From positions 537-64,536 of the forward strand of contig JBAQYV010000056.1 in NCBI GenBank assembly GCA_049790315.1: a stretch of DNA of 64,000 nucleotides, written 5' to 3'. Position numbers and translations under genes: made by a program. This DNA is from Candidatus Acidiferrales bacterium (GTDB taxonomy: Bacteria; Acidobacteriota; Terriglobia; Acidiferrales; UBA7541). Below the pieces are notes generated by a model. That model had not been told where the DNA came from and made no database searches. It saw only the letters and a program-made list of their open reading frames with translations. Shown piece after piece: positions 37,964-48,169 of this stretch; within the stretch, counting starts at the first letter, position 1; every line of letters starts with the position of its first letter.

Positions 37964-38899
37964 TCAAGGAAAGAGCTTGCGGATCAGAAAAAGTCCCACC
38001 AGCGCACTTAAGAGCGTATAGAACATTCCGTGCGGCGAAAATTCATCGACGCTGACCGTGTTCGGCGGAGTGCCGGGGTTACCGGGCGTGTTTGGTGACG
38101 GCGGCAAGGTGAAAATCGGCGGCGGAGTAATTCCGCCGATGCTCGAACAGCAACCAGGCGGAGGGGTACCTGCCGGAGGAATACCCGCGGAGGGAGTTCC
38201 ACTCGGCGGAATGCCAGCGTCGATTCCGAGAGGCGGATCCGAGAACGGGGTAAACGTTTCGACGATGGTGTTCGTATCCGTCGGCGAATCGGTCTCCGCG
38301 GGACTCTGCGGCGCGTACGAAATCATATTTCCGCAGCGCACGCGGATGAAATTGGTGCCGTCGGTAATCACTTCCTCGCCGGCCATGATCAGCTCAGGCT
38401 TGCTCGTCCAGTAGATTCCTTTTCCGTCCACGCGATAAGAAACGTAGGCCATGATGTTGTGGTCAAGACGGATGAAACGGGCGCGCGAAATATCGAATCC
38501 CTTGTAGTGCTGCGCGGCGAGCGGGTCAGTGGCGATCACGTTGAGCAATTCGGCGAGGCTGTGGATACCACCTTTGACGATCGAGTGCCCATATACCGCG
38601 CGTGGCGCGTCCATTGGGCGCAAGGAAACGGACAGCAATCTCCCTGTCGGAGTGACGCGAGCCGCCGGACTGGTGTAGCGGACGCCAGTGCCCAAGTTGA
38701 TTGACCGGGCCGAGTGCCTGCTTAGCAAGCCGAAGCCGCACATCAGCGCAAGCAGGCAGAAACTTGTGGCCACGAGAACACGAGCGCGCGATGCACTGGC
38801 GCGTTTTCGTAGCAACAGGTAAATGCCGGCCACGGCTACTGTGGCGATGGCCGACGCGCTCAGCGTGCCGGGAAGTTGGACCATGAACGTTGATGCCAT
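37964..38899 (-). CDS. Hypothetical membrane protein: two N-terminal TM helices, globular middle, Pro-rich tract, C-terminal TM anchor
   Basis: ATG follows AAGGGG. The TMs are SASAIATVAVAGIYLLL and VLVATSFCLLALMCGFGLL. The Pro-rich tract is IPPSGTPSAGIPPAGTPPPG...PPSPNTPGNPGTPPN. The C-terminus is HGMFYTLLSALVGLFLIRKLFP. Confidence 0.7.
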   Translation of the reverse strand: MASTFMVQLPGTLSASAIATVAVAGIYLLLRKRASASRARVLVATSFCLLALMCGFGLLSRHSARSINLGTGVRYTSPAARVTPTGRLLSVSLRPMDAPRAVYGHSIVKGGIHSLAELLNVIATDPLAAQHYKGFDISRARFIRLDHNIMAYVSYRVDGKGIYWTSKPELIMAGEEVITDGTNFIRVRCGNMISYAPQSPAETDSPTDTNTIVETFTPFSDPPLGIDAGIPPSGTPSAGIPPAGTPPPGCCSSIGGITPPPIFTLPPSPNTPGNPGTPPNTVSVDEFSPHGMFYTLLSALVGLFLIRKLFP

Positions 38900-39292
38900 G
38901 TTTTCGCCCCTTTACACATGTGAGGTTAAGGGCAAGGGAAGGGCGCAACAATGGCTCGGAGGTACGGCTAGCGGCGAACCCAGGGCCTAGTACGAGGTCG
39001 TTCCGGCATAGCTCTTTTAGTTTCAGTATGGTACAGGCGACGGTTTGCCGCGACCGGGGGCCGTTTGTAGGGCGCGGGCAGGAAGCAGAACCCGTGGTCA
39101 AGGAGACAAACGACGGCGTAGGGTTGCCGGGCAGAGGCTCTCCGAAATGCCAGGTCCCTGGAATCTGCGAAAGAAGGACAGAGTGCGCTCCGCGCGCTGC
39201 ATATACCCGACGCGGAAATTGTCTCGACGCGAAAACAGGTCCACGGATTTCTGACCAGTCGGGCCGGCAATTCCGGAAGCGACTGATCGCCA

Positions 39293-40501
39293 CTACCAAC
39301 TGTGCATGGTGCCGTCGACTTTTCGATTGATGGGAAGATAGGCGCGGCGGTAAGGGAACGTCGCAGCCAGCGCTTCATCGAGGTCCACGCCCAGGCCCGG
39401 TTTTTCGCCGGGATGCATCATGCCTTCGGAGAATTTGTAGGCGTGGGGGAAGACGCGATCGGTGTCTTCAGAGTGATGCATGTATTCCTGAATTCCAAAA
39501 TTGTACACGCTCAAATCGAAGTGCAGCGCGGCGGCGAGGCACACGGGACTTAAATCCGTAGCACCGTGGCAGCCAGTGCGCACGTGATAGATGTCAGCGA
39601 GATTTGCGACTTTCCGCAACGGCGTGATGCCGCCGCCGTGTACGACGGCCATACGGATGTAATCGATCAATTGCTCCTTGATGAGCTGCTCGCAATCGTA
39701 GATCGAGTTAAAGACTTCGCCGACAGCGAGAGGCGTGGTGGTGTGCTGGCGAATCAGGCGGAAACTTTCCTGCAATTCGGCCGGGACAGCGTCTTCAAGC
39801 CAGAACAAATGATATGGTTCCAAACTTTTTCCCAGGCGTGCGGCTTCGATGGGCGTCAGTCGATGATGAGCGTCATGCAGGAGCGGCAGATCTTCGCCGA
39901 ACTCCTTGCGCAGGCGCTCGAACAATTTCGGAGCGAAATTCAGGTAAAGGTCAGTGTTCCAACTGCTTTCCGATGGCAGGCCCTCTTCGGCGGGCTCGTA
40001 TTGCATTTTTCCTTTGCCGACGCCGTAGATGCTGGCGATACCCGGAATTCCAGATTGCGCGCGAATCGCTTTGTATCCGAGCTTCACATATTCGGCAACG
40101 GCTTCGACCGTTTTTTCGATATCGGCGCCATTGGCGTGGCCATATACCAGGACGGCATCGCGCGATGCGCCGCCGAGCAATTGATATAGCGGCACATTCA
40201 AACTTTTTCCCTTGATGTCCCATAGCGCCATATCCACCGCGCCAATCGCGGCCATGGTGACGGGACCGCGGCGCCAGTAGGCGCCTTTGTAGAGATATTG
40301 CCAGGTGTCCTCGATGCGGCGCGCGTCGCGGCCGATCAACAATGGACAGACGTGATCGCTCAAATAGCTCGCGACGGCGAGTTCGCGTCCATTGAGCGTG
40401 GCGTCGCCCAAGCCGTAGACGCCATCCTGGGTTACAATCTTTAGCGTGACGAAATTTCTGCCGGGACTGCAAACGATCACTTTCGCGTCGACAATTTTCA
40501 T
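39293..40501 (-). CDS. manD: D-mannonate dehydratase of the enolase superfamily (ManD subgroup)
   Basis: [47 protein letters not shown]...[21 protein letters not shown] is near-diagnostic for ManD as I remember it. The protein is 402 aa. Confidence 0.9.
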   Translation of the reverse strand: MKIVDAKVIVCSPGRNFVTLKIVTQDGVYGLGDATLNGRELAVASYLSDHVCPLLIGRDARRIEDTWQYLYKGAYWRRGPVTMAAIGAVDMALWDIKGKSLNVPLYQLLGGASRDAVLVYGHANGADIEKTVEAVAEYVKLGYKAIRAQSGIPGIASIYGVGKGKMQYEPAEEGLPSESSWNTDLYLNFAPKLFERLRKEFGEDLPLLHDAHHRLTPIEAARLGKSLEPYHLFWLEDAVPAELQESFRLIRQHTTTPLAVGEVFNSIYDCEQLIKEQLIDYIRMAVVHGGGITPLRKVANLADIYHVRTGCHGATDLSPVCLAAALHFDLSVYNFGIQEYMHHSEDTDRVFPHAYKFSEGMMHPGEKPGLGVDLDEALAATFPYRRAYLPINRKVDGTMHSW

Positions 40502-40570
40502 TTTTGGTTCGGCCTGTTACCGCGGGATTTCGATTCCAATGCGCAATCCATACGCCACCAAGGAGAACTG

Positions 40571-41347
40571 ATGGGGTATTCAAAACTCGATCTTACGGGC
40601 AAGAACGCAGTCGTGGTCGGCGGAACTTCCGGCATCGGACTCGCGATTACCATGGGCTTGGCCGAAGCCGGCGCGAACGTTGTTCCGACCGGGCGCCGCG
40701 TTCCGGAAGTGAAGGCGGCGGCGAAAGCGGTGGAAACTCTGGGCCGGCGGTCGCTCGCGATGCCAACCGATGTGACGAGCACGGCAAGTCTCGAAGCTCT
40801 GCGTGACGCGGCGCTGGGCGCTTTCGGCAGCGTGGAGATTCTGGTGAATTGCGCGGGAACGATCAAGCGCACGCCCACGCTCGATGTGCCCGAAGAAGAG
40901 TGGAATCGGATTCTGGACACAAATCTGACCGGAACGCTGCGCTCTTGCCGGGTGTTCGGCCGGCACATGATCGAACGAAAGTATGGGCGCATCGTGAACA
41001 TTGCGTCGCTCACCGCGTTTGTCGCGCTCCTCGAAGTCGCCGCCTACGGCGCAAGTAAAGCGGCTGTTGTCGCCCTGACTCGATCGCTCGCCGTGGAATG
41101 GGCGCCGCATGGCGTAACCGTGAATGCCATCGCGCCGGGCATATTCCGCACGGACCTGAATGCCGCACTGCTGGACGGTACCGGGCGCGGCAAGGAACTC
41201 TTGATGCGCACGCCCATGAAGCGATTCGGGCAGCTCAACGAAAATGTTGGCGCCGCGATATTTCTGGCGTCGGAAGCCGCGAGCTTCGTCACCGGGCAAG
41301 TGCTTGCTGTGGACGGCGGCTTTCTCGCGAGCGGCGTGAACCAGTAA
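40571..41347 (+). CDS. SDR-family oxidoreductase (gluconate-5-dehydrogenase/KduD-like)
   Basis: It has VVGGTSGIGLAI (TGxxxGxG) and YGASKAAV (YxxxK), with AAGGAG 5 nt upstream of the ATG. Confidence 0.85.
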   Translation: MGYSKLDLTGKNAVVVGGTSGIGLAITMGLAEAGANVVPTGRRVPEVKAAAKAVETLGRRSLAMPTDVTSTASLEALRDAALGAFGSVEILVNCAGTIKRTPTLDVPEEEWNRILDTNLTGTLRSCRVFGRHMIERKYGRIVNIASLTAFVALLEVAAYGASKAAVVALTRSLAVEWAPHGVTVNAIAPGIFRTDLNAALLDGTGRGKELLMRTPMKRFGQLNENVGAAIFLASEAASFVTGQVLAVDGGFLASGVNQ

Positions 41348-41371
41348 GCTCTTCGCGGCCAGCGCTCGCAG

Positions 41372-42034
41372 CTATCGCGATTCGCGGCTGGCTCGAGCCT
41401 GCTGCACAATTTCTATAAATTTTCGCGCCGCTTCGGCAATCACTTCCGGTTTGCCGGCTTTGAGCGCCGCCGTCTGCACCAATTCCCCACCCACGCCGAG
41501 CGCTTCGGAACCGGCGAGAATAAAATCCGCGGCGGTTTCAAGATTCACGCCGCCGGTGGGAACCAACGGAATTTGCGGCAGCGGACCTTTCAGCGCCTTG
41601 ATATATTTTGCGCCGCCGACAGCTCCGCACGGAAATACTTTTACGAAATCCGCGCCGGCTCTCCAGGCCGAGATGATCTCGGACGGGGAAAGCGCGCCCG
41701 GCATCATCACTTTGCCTTCCTTGAGCACGAGCGCCATCGTTTCGAGATCGATTCCGGGGCTGACGATGAATTGCGCACCTGCATCGAGACACCGCCGCGC
41801 GGCTTCGGCGTCGAGCACCGTGCCCGCGCCGATCAGGACGTCCGAACCGCGCGCCTTGGAAAGTTCCCGAATGATTTCAATCGCGCCCGGAACCGTCATC
41901 GTAATTTCCACGACCGAAATTCCGCCTTGATACACGGCCTCGACAGCGAGTTTCGCCTCCTGCGATGAGGATGCGCGCACGACGGGGAGCACGCCAATTT
42001 CGATGATGCGCTTTTTGATCTCTTCCCTGTTCAT
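41372..42034 (-). CDS. eda: 2-dehydro-3-deoxyphosphogluconate (KDPG)/KHG aldolase
   Basis: It has VLPVVRASS, ISVVEITMTVPGA, IGAGTVLD, and FVKVFPCGAVGG with the Schiff-base Lys context. Confidence 0.85.
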   Translation of the reverse strand: MNREEIKKRIIEIGVLPVVRASSSQEAKLAVEAVYQGGISVVEITMTVPGAIEIIRELSKARGSDVLIGAGTVLDAEAARRCLDAGAQFIVSPGIDLETMALVLKEGKVMMPGALSPSEIISAWRAGADFVKVFPCGAVGGAKYIKALKGPLPQIPLVPTGGVNLETAADFILAGSEALGVGGELVQTAALKAGKPEVIAEAARKFIEIVQQARASRESR

Positions 42035-42092
42035 CGGGATGGCTGGCTCCAGTCTTTGTCTCGCGTGACCCGCGTGCGTTCCTTGCGTTCTG

Positions 42093-43187
42093 TCAGCGTG
42101 CGATGCGAGCGCCGCCGCCTTTCATCACTTGCAAGACTTCTTTCAATGTGGCGGTGGTGGTGTCACCCGGCGTAGTCATCGCCAGCGCGCCGTGAGCGGC
42201 ACCGCATTCTACGGCCCACTGCGGGCCCTTGTCGGTCAGAAATCCGTAGATCAGGCCGGCGGCGAACGAATCGCCTCCGCCGACGCGATCGTAAATTTCG
42301 AGATCGTCGCGGCGCTGCGCCTGATAGAACTTTCCTTCGTAGTAGCAGATGGCGCCCCAATCGTTTCGGGCGGCGGTTTTGGCCTGCCGCAAAGTGGTGG
42401 CGACAACCTGGAACGGAAAATCTTTCACTACGTTTTCGATCATACGCTCGAAGCCTTCGACGTTGAGCTTTGCCAAACTTTCATCGACGCCGGGCACCGC
42501 GTAGCCCAGCGCGGCTGAGAAGTCTTCTTCGTTGCCGAGCGCGACATCGATGAACGGCGCGATGCGGCGATTGACCTCTTGCGCGCGCTTTTTCCCGCCG
42601 ATCGCGGCCCACAGCGATTCGCGGTAATTCAAATCGTAAGAGATGATCGTGCCGTGTTTTCGCGCGGCCTGCACGGCTTCGAGCGCAACTTCAATCGTGG
42701 ATTCCGAAAGCGCGCAGAAAATCCCGCCGGTGTGGAACCAGCGCGCGCCCTGTTTGCCGAACACGTGATCCCAATCGACGTCGCCGGCCTTCATTTGCGA
42801 AATCGCGGTATGGCCACGGTCCGAAGCGCCGAGAGCCGCGCGCACGCCGAAACCGCGCTCGGTGAAGTTCAAACCGTTGCGCACGCTGCGGCCCACGCCG
42901 TCATAGGGCACCCAGCGAACCATCGATTGATCCACGCCGCCCTGATAAACCAGATCCTGGAGGAGCTTGCCGACGGGGTTGTCGGCGAATGCAGTCACGA
43001 CGGCGGTGTCCAAGCCGAAGCAACGCTTCAAACCGCGAGCCACATTGTATTCGCCGCCGCCTTCGCACACGTCGAATTTGCGCGTGGTCCAAATGCGCTG
43101 ATCGCCGGGATCGAAGCGCAGCATGATCTCGCCGAGCGCGATCATGTCCCAGCGACATTCCTGCTTGGATTTGATCCTCAAGGCCAT
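42093..43187 (-). CDS. kdgK: 2-dehydro-3-deoxygluconokinase (PfkB family)
   Basis: This is Met-11 of the track ORF, with GGAG 6-7 nt upstream. It has the PfkB motifs IALGEIMLRF...GGGEYNVA and DRVGGGDSFAAGLIYG. Confidence 0.85.
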   Translation of the reverse strand: MALRIKSKQECRWDMIALGEIMLRFDPGDQRIWTTRKFDVCEGGGEYNVARGLKRCFGLDTAVVTAFADNPVGKLLQDLVYQGGVDQSMVRWVPYDGVGRSVRNGLNFTERGFGVRAALGASDRGHTAISQMKAGDVDWDHVFGKQGARWFHTGGIFCALSESTIEVALEAVQAARKHGTIISYDLNYRESLWAAIGGKKRAQEVNRRIAPFIDVALGNEEDFSAALGYAVPGVDESLAKLNVEGFERMIENVVKDFPFQVVATTLRQAKTAARNDWGAICYYEGKFYQAQRRDDLEIYDRVGGGDSFAAGLIYGFLTDKGPQWAVECGAAHGALAMTTPGDTTTATLKEVLQVMKGGGARIAR

Positions 43188-43271
43188 GAAATCTCCTCTA
43201 TCTATTATTGCAGACAATTTCGACGGGGGACGGCCGGCAACTGCTAAACACGAGCATCGTCCCGCGGAATA

Positions 43272-44684
43272 TTATGCTTGAGCGCCGGCGCCCAATGAAA
43301 CTGGCTTTAGCTGAGGAGCCAATATCTGGATGAACGCAAGCGCGATCAAGTACGCGATGCCGGCGATGAACAGCGGGATACCATAGCTCCCGGTGCGTTG
43401 CAGCAGGTGGCCTACCGTGTTTGCGATGATGAAGCCGCCGATGCCGCCCGCGGCTCCGCCGAGGCCGACGACCGAACCAACGGCGCGGCTCGGGAACATG
43501 TCCGAAGGTAACGTAAAAAGATTCGCGGAGAATGCCTGATGCGCGGCGGCCGCGACGCTGATGAGCGCAACCGCGATCCACGCGTTGTTACTTCGCGCCG
43601 CGAACATTACGGGGAACACAACGATCGCGCAGATCAGCATGACCGTCTTGCGCGCGACATTTACCGAGATTCCGCGCGCGATCAAGAACGAAGACATTCC
43701 GCCGCCGAGGACGCTTCCGAAATCCGAAACTACATAGATGATGAGAATGGGCAAAGCGATTTGCGCCAAGGTCATGCCGAAGCGGCGCTGAAACAAATCG
43801 GGCGCCCAAAATAACCAGAACCACCAGATCGGATCGATGCACAGCTTACCGATGATAAACGCCCACGTCTGACGATGGGGCAAGAGCACAGATAAACTGA
43901 CTTTCGATTTGGGGCCGGTATCCTGCGGATCGGAGAGTATGTAATCGAGCTCAGCCTTTGAGACGCGCGGGTGCTCCTGCGGGGTGCGATAAATCAGAAG
44001 CCAGAAAATCAGCCAGACGAATCCGAGGCTGCCGACCACGTAAAAGGCCCACGGCCACGACAGTCCCATACGAATGGTAATAAGGGCCACGACGAGCGGC
44101 GTGATACTCGCGCCGAGATTCGTGCCGGCGTTGAAAATCCCAGTCGCGAAAGCCCGCTCTTTTTTTGGAAACCATTCGGCCACCGCTTTGATACTCGCCG
44201 GAAACAGACCCGACTGTCCCAAGCCCATCGCGGCAGAGACGACAATGAACCCGGCGACGGTGCCGTGCGCGTCGGGGAAGAAACTCCAGAGTCCGTGCAG
44301 ATAGAAAAACGCGGAGCCCACGAAGCGCGCCAGCATCGGGGCAATGCCATACGCCATCGCGGCGAGGCTCCAAACCACCATGAAGATTGAGAATGCCTTG
44401 CGCGTACCGAGGCGATCCACCATGCGTCCGGCAATGAGCATGCCGAACGCGTAAAAAATTTGAAACGCCGCGACAATGTGGCCGTAGTCAATGTCGTTCC
44501 AGCCCAGGATAGGCTGGAGTGTGTGTTTCAGAGACGCAAGAACATTGCGGTCCATGTAGCTCTTCGTTGTGGCGAAAAGCAACAAGGCGCAGATGATCCA
44601 GCGAAAGCCTCTCCATCCCCGGCCTCCGGAAGCCCTCACTGAAGCGGAGGACTCTGGCGGCGCACCCTTGGTTTCGTCAGCCAT
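43272..44684 (-). CDS. exuT: MFS hexuronate transporter (ExuT-like)
   Basis: It is collinear with E. coli ExuT from memory: RWIICALLLFATTKSYMDRNV..., FPASIKAVAEWFPKKERAFATGIFNAG and FLGKLCIDPIWWFWLFW-type blocks. Confidence 0.8.
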   Translation of the reverse strand: MADETKGAPPESSASVRASGGRGWRGFRWIICALLLFATTKSYMDRNVLASLKHTLQPILGWNDIDYGHIVAAFQIFYAFGMLIAGRMVDRLGTRKAFSIFMVVWSLAAMAYGIAPMLARFVGSAFFYLHGLWSFFPDAHGTVAGFIVVSAAMGLGQSGLFPASIKAVAEWFPKKERAFATGIFNAGTNLGASITPLVVALITIRMGLSWPWAFYVVGSLGFVWLIFWLLIYRTPQEHPRVSKAELDYILSDPQDTGPKSKVSLSVLLPHRQTWAFIIGKLCIDPIWWFWLFWAPDLFQRRFGMTLAQIALPILIIYVVSDFGSVLGGGMSSFLIARGISVNVARKTVMLICAIVVFPVMFAARSNNAWIAVALISVAAAAHQAFSANLFTLPSDMFPSRAVGSVVGLGGAAGGIGGFIIANTVGHLLQRTGSYGIPLFIAGIAYLIALAFIQILAPQLKPVSLGAGAQA

Positions 44685-44748
44685 GTTTGGACGACTCGGT
44701 CCTTAAAAATATACAAATCCGCGAATCGAATGCAGCTGCGAGAACCGA

Positions 44749-45975
44749 TTATGCAGGCAAATGCGCCCGTGTGCCGAATTCCACAAACATTTTTTTCTCG
44801 ATGGCCTCGTTGCCCAACGTTACCGTGATCCCCGTCGTCCATCCGGTAGCTTCGTCGACTTCAGGACGCTTATCGTTGCGCAAGCAATCGAAGAACGAGC
44901 GAGCCGCCAGAAATTCGAGATTGGCTTCGAGGCCTTCGGGCACGCGAAAAGCTTCGCCGGGGCCGGCATACGGAATTTCCGGGCGGTAATTTGCGCCGGC
45001 AACGACGCCAGGAGGCAGAGGAATCTCGCCTCGCACGGGCGGTGCCGGCTCCAGGTATTGTGTGCCGCCAATTTGGGTGAGCACGATGGTGCCACCTGTG
45101 CCGCATATCACGAAATGCATTCCATTATAGGAGTTCGTTAGGCTTGCGCAGAAAAAGTGCGTCTGGCCATCCGGATAGCGATACGCCACTTGCACGTTGT
45201 CCGGTAATTCGCGGCCGTCCTTCCAATAATCGATTCCGCCGGAGCCAGCCACGGAAACCGGCATAGCGCCGAAAATTTCGTTCGACCACTGGATCATGTG
45301 CGTGCCGAACTCCGCAAGAATGCCGCCGGACATGTCGCGATACATTCGCCAGTTGATTAGATGTTCGAGCTTGGCGTCGGCTGGATTCGGTACGGGACGG
45401 CGCCAATCGTTGTTGCGATGCCAATAGGAATAAATCTGCGTGACCTGGCCGATCTTGCCGGCCTTGATGCGCGTGACGGCTTCCTGAAACCAGGGCGCGT
45501 AGTGATATTGCGTCCCGAATTGATAGAGCAACTTTGTGCGCTTAACAGCAGCGTACAAGCGATCGCATCCCTCGAGCGTAAGCGCCATATCTTTTTCGCT
45601 ATACACAGGCCGGCCGCTTTCGAGTACCGCGGCTACGTGCTCTTCGTGGAGGCCCAGGGGCGTTGCCACGAGGACGACGTCAACATCTTTGCGATCGAGC
45701 AGTGCGCGATAATCGCGGACTGCGGGAGTTTCCTCGCCTGTGACTTTGCGCGCCTGATCGAAGCGCGGTTCGTAAATGTCGCACAGCGCCGAGAAGTGCA
45801 CGCCCGGCACGCGCAGAAAGCTGCGCATTACATCCTGCCCGCGCGCGCCTGGTCCGATAACTCCAACATTGATTGTGTCGGAGACGGCCGTGGGACGAGC
45901 CTTTGCAGCGGACGCAATTGACGAGACCGCGGCCAAACCGCCCGCGGCTCTCCCGAAAAATTCCCTACGATTCAC
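44749..45975 (-). CDS. Gfo/Idh/MocA-family oxidoreductase with twin-arginine (TAT) signal
   Basis: The GTG start lies 7 nt after AGGAGA. It has MNRREFFGRAAGGLAAVSSIASAAKA (RR motif), then VGVIGPGARG (Rossmann) and EKDMALTLEG. Confidence 0.85.
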   Translation of the reverse strand: MNRREFFGRAAGGLAAVSSIASAAKARPTAVSDTINVGVIGPGARGQDVMRSFLRVPGVHFSALCDIYEPRFDQARKVTGEETPAVRDYRALLDRKDVDVVLVATPLGLHEEHVAAVLESGRPVYSEKDMALTLEGCDRLYAAVKRTKLLYQFGTQYHYAPWFQEAVTRIKAGKIGQVTQIYSYWHRNNDWRRPVPNPADAKLEHLINWRMYRDMSGGILAEFGTHMIQWSNEIFGAMPVSVAGSGGIDYWKDGRELPDNVQVAYRYPDGQTHFFCASLTNSYNGMHFVICGTGGTIVLTQIGGTQYLEPAPPVRGEIPLPPGVVAGANYRPEIPYAGPGEAFRVPEGLEANLEFLAARSFFDCLRNDKRPEVDEATGWTTGITVTLGNEAIEKKMFVEFGTRAHLPA

Positions 45976-46086
45976 TGCCGCGTTCTCCTAGCTGACCGCT
46001 GAAGTCCTGCGCTGTGCTGAGCACGCAAGTGGCCCCATCGGCGATTCCTGCGAAAATTCCCGGCTCCCGAGACTATGCGGTCTCGC

Positions 46087-46605
46087 TCACACAGCCCCCG
46101 GGCCGATCGCGACGACGAAGTATTTCGCGGGTGTGGAACCGGCGTTCTTGATGCCGTGCTCAGTCATCGAAGCCGCAAATCCGGCCGAGCCAGGACCGAT
46201 TTGATAAACCTTGCCGTCCACCGTGAATTCCACCGTGCCTTCGCGCACCAACCACATCTCGCTGTGCAAATGATGGTGCGGGGGATGCGGCGAGCCCCCT
46301 ACTGGCAGAATTGTTTCGTGCACTTCCACCAGCTCGCCAGTCGCCAGCTTGCCCATAAAAATGTGATGTGCTTCGGATGCCGGACTTTTGGTGACCGCCA
46401 TTTTATCGAGCGGATACGCGCCCGATGCGATGAGTTCCGGCGGCGCAGCCGGGGTTTGCGCGTCAGGCGTGGCGGGCGCTTGAGACGTGGTGTGAGCAGC
46501 GTCCGTTGACATCGAATTCTGCGCCGCGCGCGAATCGGCAAGAAGAGCTGCTGGCAAGATCATGCCGGGCAGGAGGACACACAGGTCACGTCGTGAGATC
46601 CGCAT
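46087..46605 (-). CDS. Exported cupin-domain protein (KdgF-like? tentative)
   Basis: This is Met-51 of the track ORF, after GGAGG. It has MRISRRDLCVLLPGMILPAALLA (RR signal), a Thr/Pro/Ala linker, and the cupin motif PHPPHHHLHSEMWLVREGTVEF...GFAASMTEHGIKN. Confidence 0.7.
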   Translation of the reverse strand: MRISRRDLCVLLPGMILPAALLADSRAAQNSMSTDAAHTTSQAPATPDAQTPAAPPELIASGAYPLDKMAVTKSPASEAHHIFMGKLATGELVEVHETILPVGGSPHPPHHHLHSEMWLVREGTVEFTVDGKVYQIGPGSAGFAASMTEHGIKNAGSTPAKYFVVAIGPGAV

Positions 46606-46696
46606 CAAAACCTCCGTTGATATCACCGAAGAGATGGACTCGCGTACTACCGTCGAAAGCGACCGTGCGTTTGCGCCGCTTCTCCGATTGACAGCA

Positions 46697-48142
46697 TCAC
46701 CGAGCTTTGACCGTTTCGCCCGCCACGCCCGCGGCGTTGGGCAATTCGAGGCCAAGATAGTCCCGTGCGTTGCCGAAACAGATGTTGCGGATCATCGGGC
46801 CGAGCAGCGAATCGTCGTCAGGCAGCTCGCCCGATTCAACATCGCGGCCGATCAAATTGCACAACACGCGACGGAAATATTCGTGGCGCGGAAACGACAT
46901 GAAGGATCGCGAGTCCGTGAGCATGCCGACGAACCGCGACAGCAGGCCGACGTTGGAGACGGCGTTCAATTGCCACTCGATCGCTTCCTTTTGATCGAGG
47001 TACCACCACCCGCTGCCGAACTGCATTTTACCGGCAATTGAGCCGTCCTGAAAATTTCCCATGGCCGTGGCGAACACGTAATTATCCGCAGGATTCAAAT
47101 TGTAGACGACCATTTTCGGTAGAGCATTCTCGCGATCGAGGCGATCGAGGTACGCGCAGAGCGCGCGACCCTGCTCCCAATCGCCGATGGAATCGAATCC
47201 AGAGTCCGGTCCGGCCATGCGCACGCCGCGCGTGCTGGCATTTCTGAGAGCGCCCAGGTGAAGCTGCTTGGTCCAACCTTTTTCAGCGTCAAGGCGGCCG
47301 AAATAGAGCATCAAAAAGGAAGCGAATTGCCGATGTTCGTCCGCGTTGGCTGCCTGGCCCGTGCGCGCGCGGTCAAAAATTCGCGACGCTTCGGCTTCCG
47401 TGGGGAAATCGGCGAAGCACATGTCTATTCCGTGATCGGAAAGGCGCCCGCCCATGGAGTGAAAATAGTCATGGCGAACTTCGAGGGCGCGCAAGAAATC
47501 CGTGAACGTGGCCACGTGAACGTTGCTTACCGCGGCCAACCGATCCGTCCAGGCGTTGAACGGCTCGGGCGAATTCACAGTCAGCGCCTTGTCGGGCCTG
47601 AACGCGGGATAGACGCGGAAGGCGTTTTCGGACTGCGCGATCTTCTTGTGCTCGGCGAGATCGCTGCATGGATCGTCAGTAGTGCAAAGCACGCGCACGT
47701 GGAAGCGCCGAATGATGCGGCGCGCCGAAAATTCGCCGCTTGCGAGCATTTCGCCGGCGCGATCCCACACCTTGCGCGCGTTGTGCTCGTCGAGCAGATC
47801 GTGAATGCCGAAGTAGCGCTCCAGCTCGAGATGCGTCCAGTGATATAAGGGATTACGCAGCGTCTGCGGCACCGTCCGCGCCCAAGCCGCGAATTTTTCA
47901 TACGGCGGGGCGTCGCCCGTGCAGAAACGTTCGGAAACACCATTGGCCCGCATCGCGCGCCATTTGTAGTGGTCGCCCTCGAGCCAAATCTCAAACAGGT
48001 TGGAAAATTCCCGGTCGCCGGCGATGTCGGCGGGCGGAAGATGATTGTGGTAATCGAGGATGGGCTCGCCTTCGGCGAATTCGTGGTATAGATGCCGCGC
48101 CGATTTTGTGCCCAGCAGAAAATCTTCGTTGATGAATCCCAT
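46697..48142 (-). CDS. uxaC: Glucuronate (uronate) isomerase
   Basis: It has MGFINEDFLL, ILDYHNHL, GDHYKWRAMRANG and NPLYHWTHLEL, with GGGAGGAG upstream of the start. Confidence 0.95.
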   Translation of the reverse strand: MGFINEDFLLGTKSARHLYHEFAEGEPILDYHNHLPPADIAGDREFSNLFEIWLEGDHYKWRAMRANGVSERFCTGDAPPYEKFAAWARTVPQTLRNPLYHWTHLELERYFGIHDLLDEHNARKVWDRAGEMLASGEFSARRIIRRFHVRVLCTTDDPCSDLAEHKKIAQSENAFRVYPAFRPDKALTVNSPEPFNAWTDRLAAVSNVHVATFTDFLRALEVRHDYFHSMGGRLSDHGIDMCFADFPTEAEASRIFDRARTGQAANADEHRQFASFLMLYFGRLDAEKGWTKQLHLGALRNASTRGVRMAGPDSGFDSIGDWEQGRALCAYLDRLDRENALPKMVVYNLNPADNYVFATAMGNFQDGSIAGKMQFGSGWWYLDQKEAIEWQLNAVSNVGLLSRFVGMLTDSRSFMSFPRHEYFRRVLCNLIGRDVESGELPDDDSLLGPMIRNICFGNARDYLGLELPNAAGVAGETVKAR

Positions 48143-48169
48143 GCCCTGTCTCCTCCCAGTACGAGGCAG

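Noticed and set aside
37964-38060. PEP-CTERM / exosortase sorting signal at the C-terminus of the 311-aa membrane protein.
   Set aside because: There is no PEP (or variant) tripeptide; the sequence reads VDEFSPHG. Only the generic 'TM plus basic tail' part matches.
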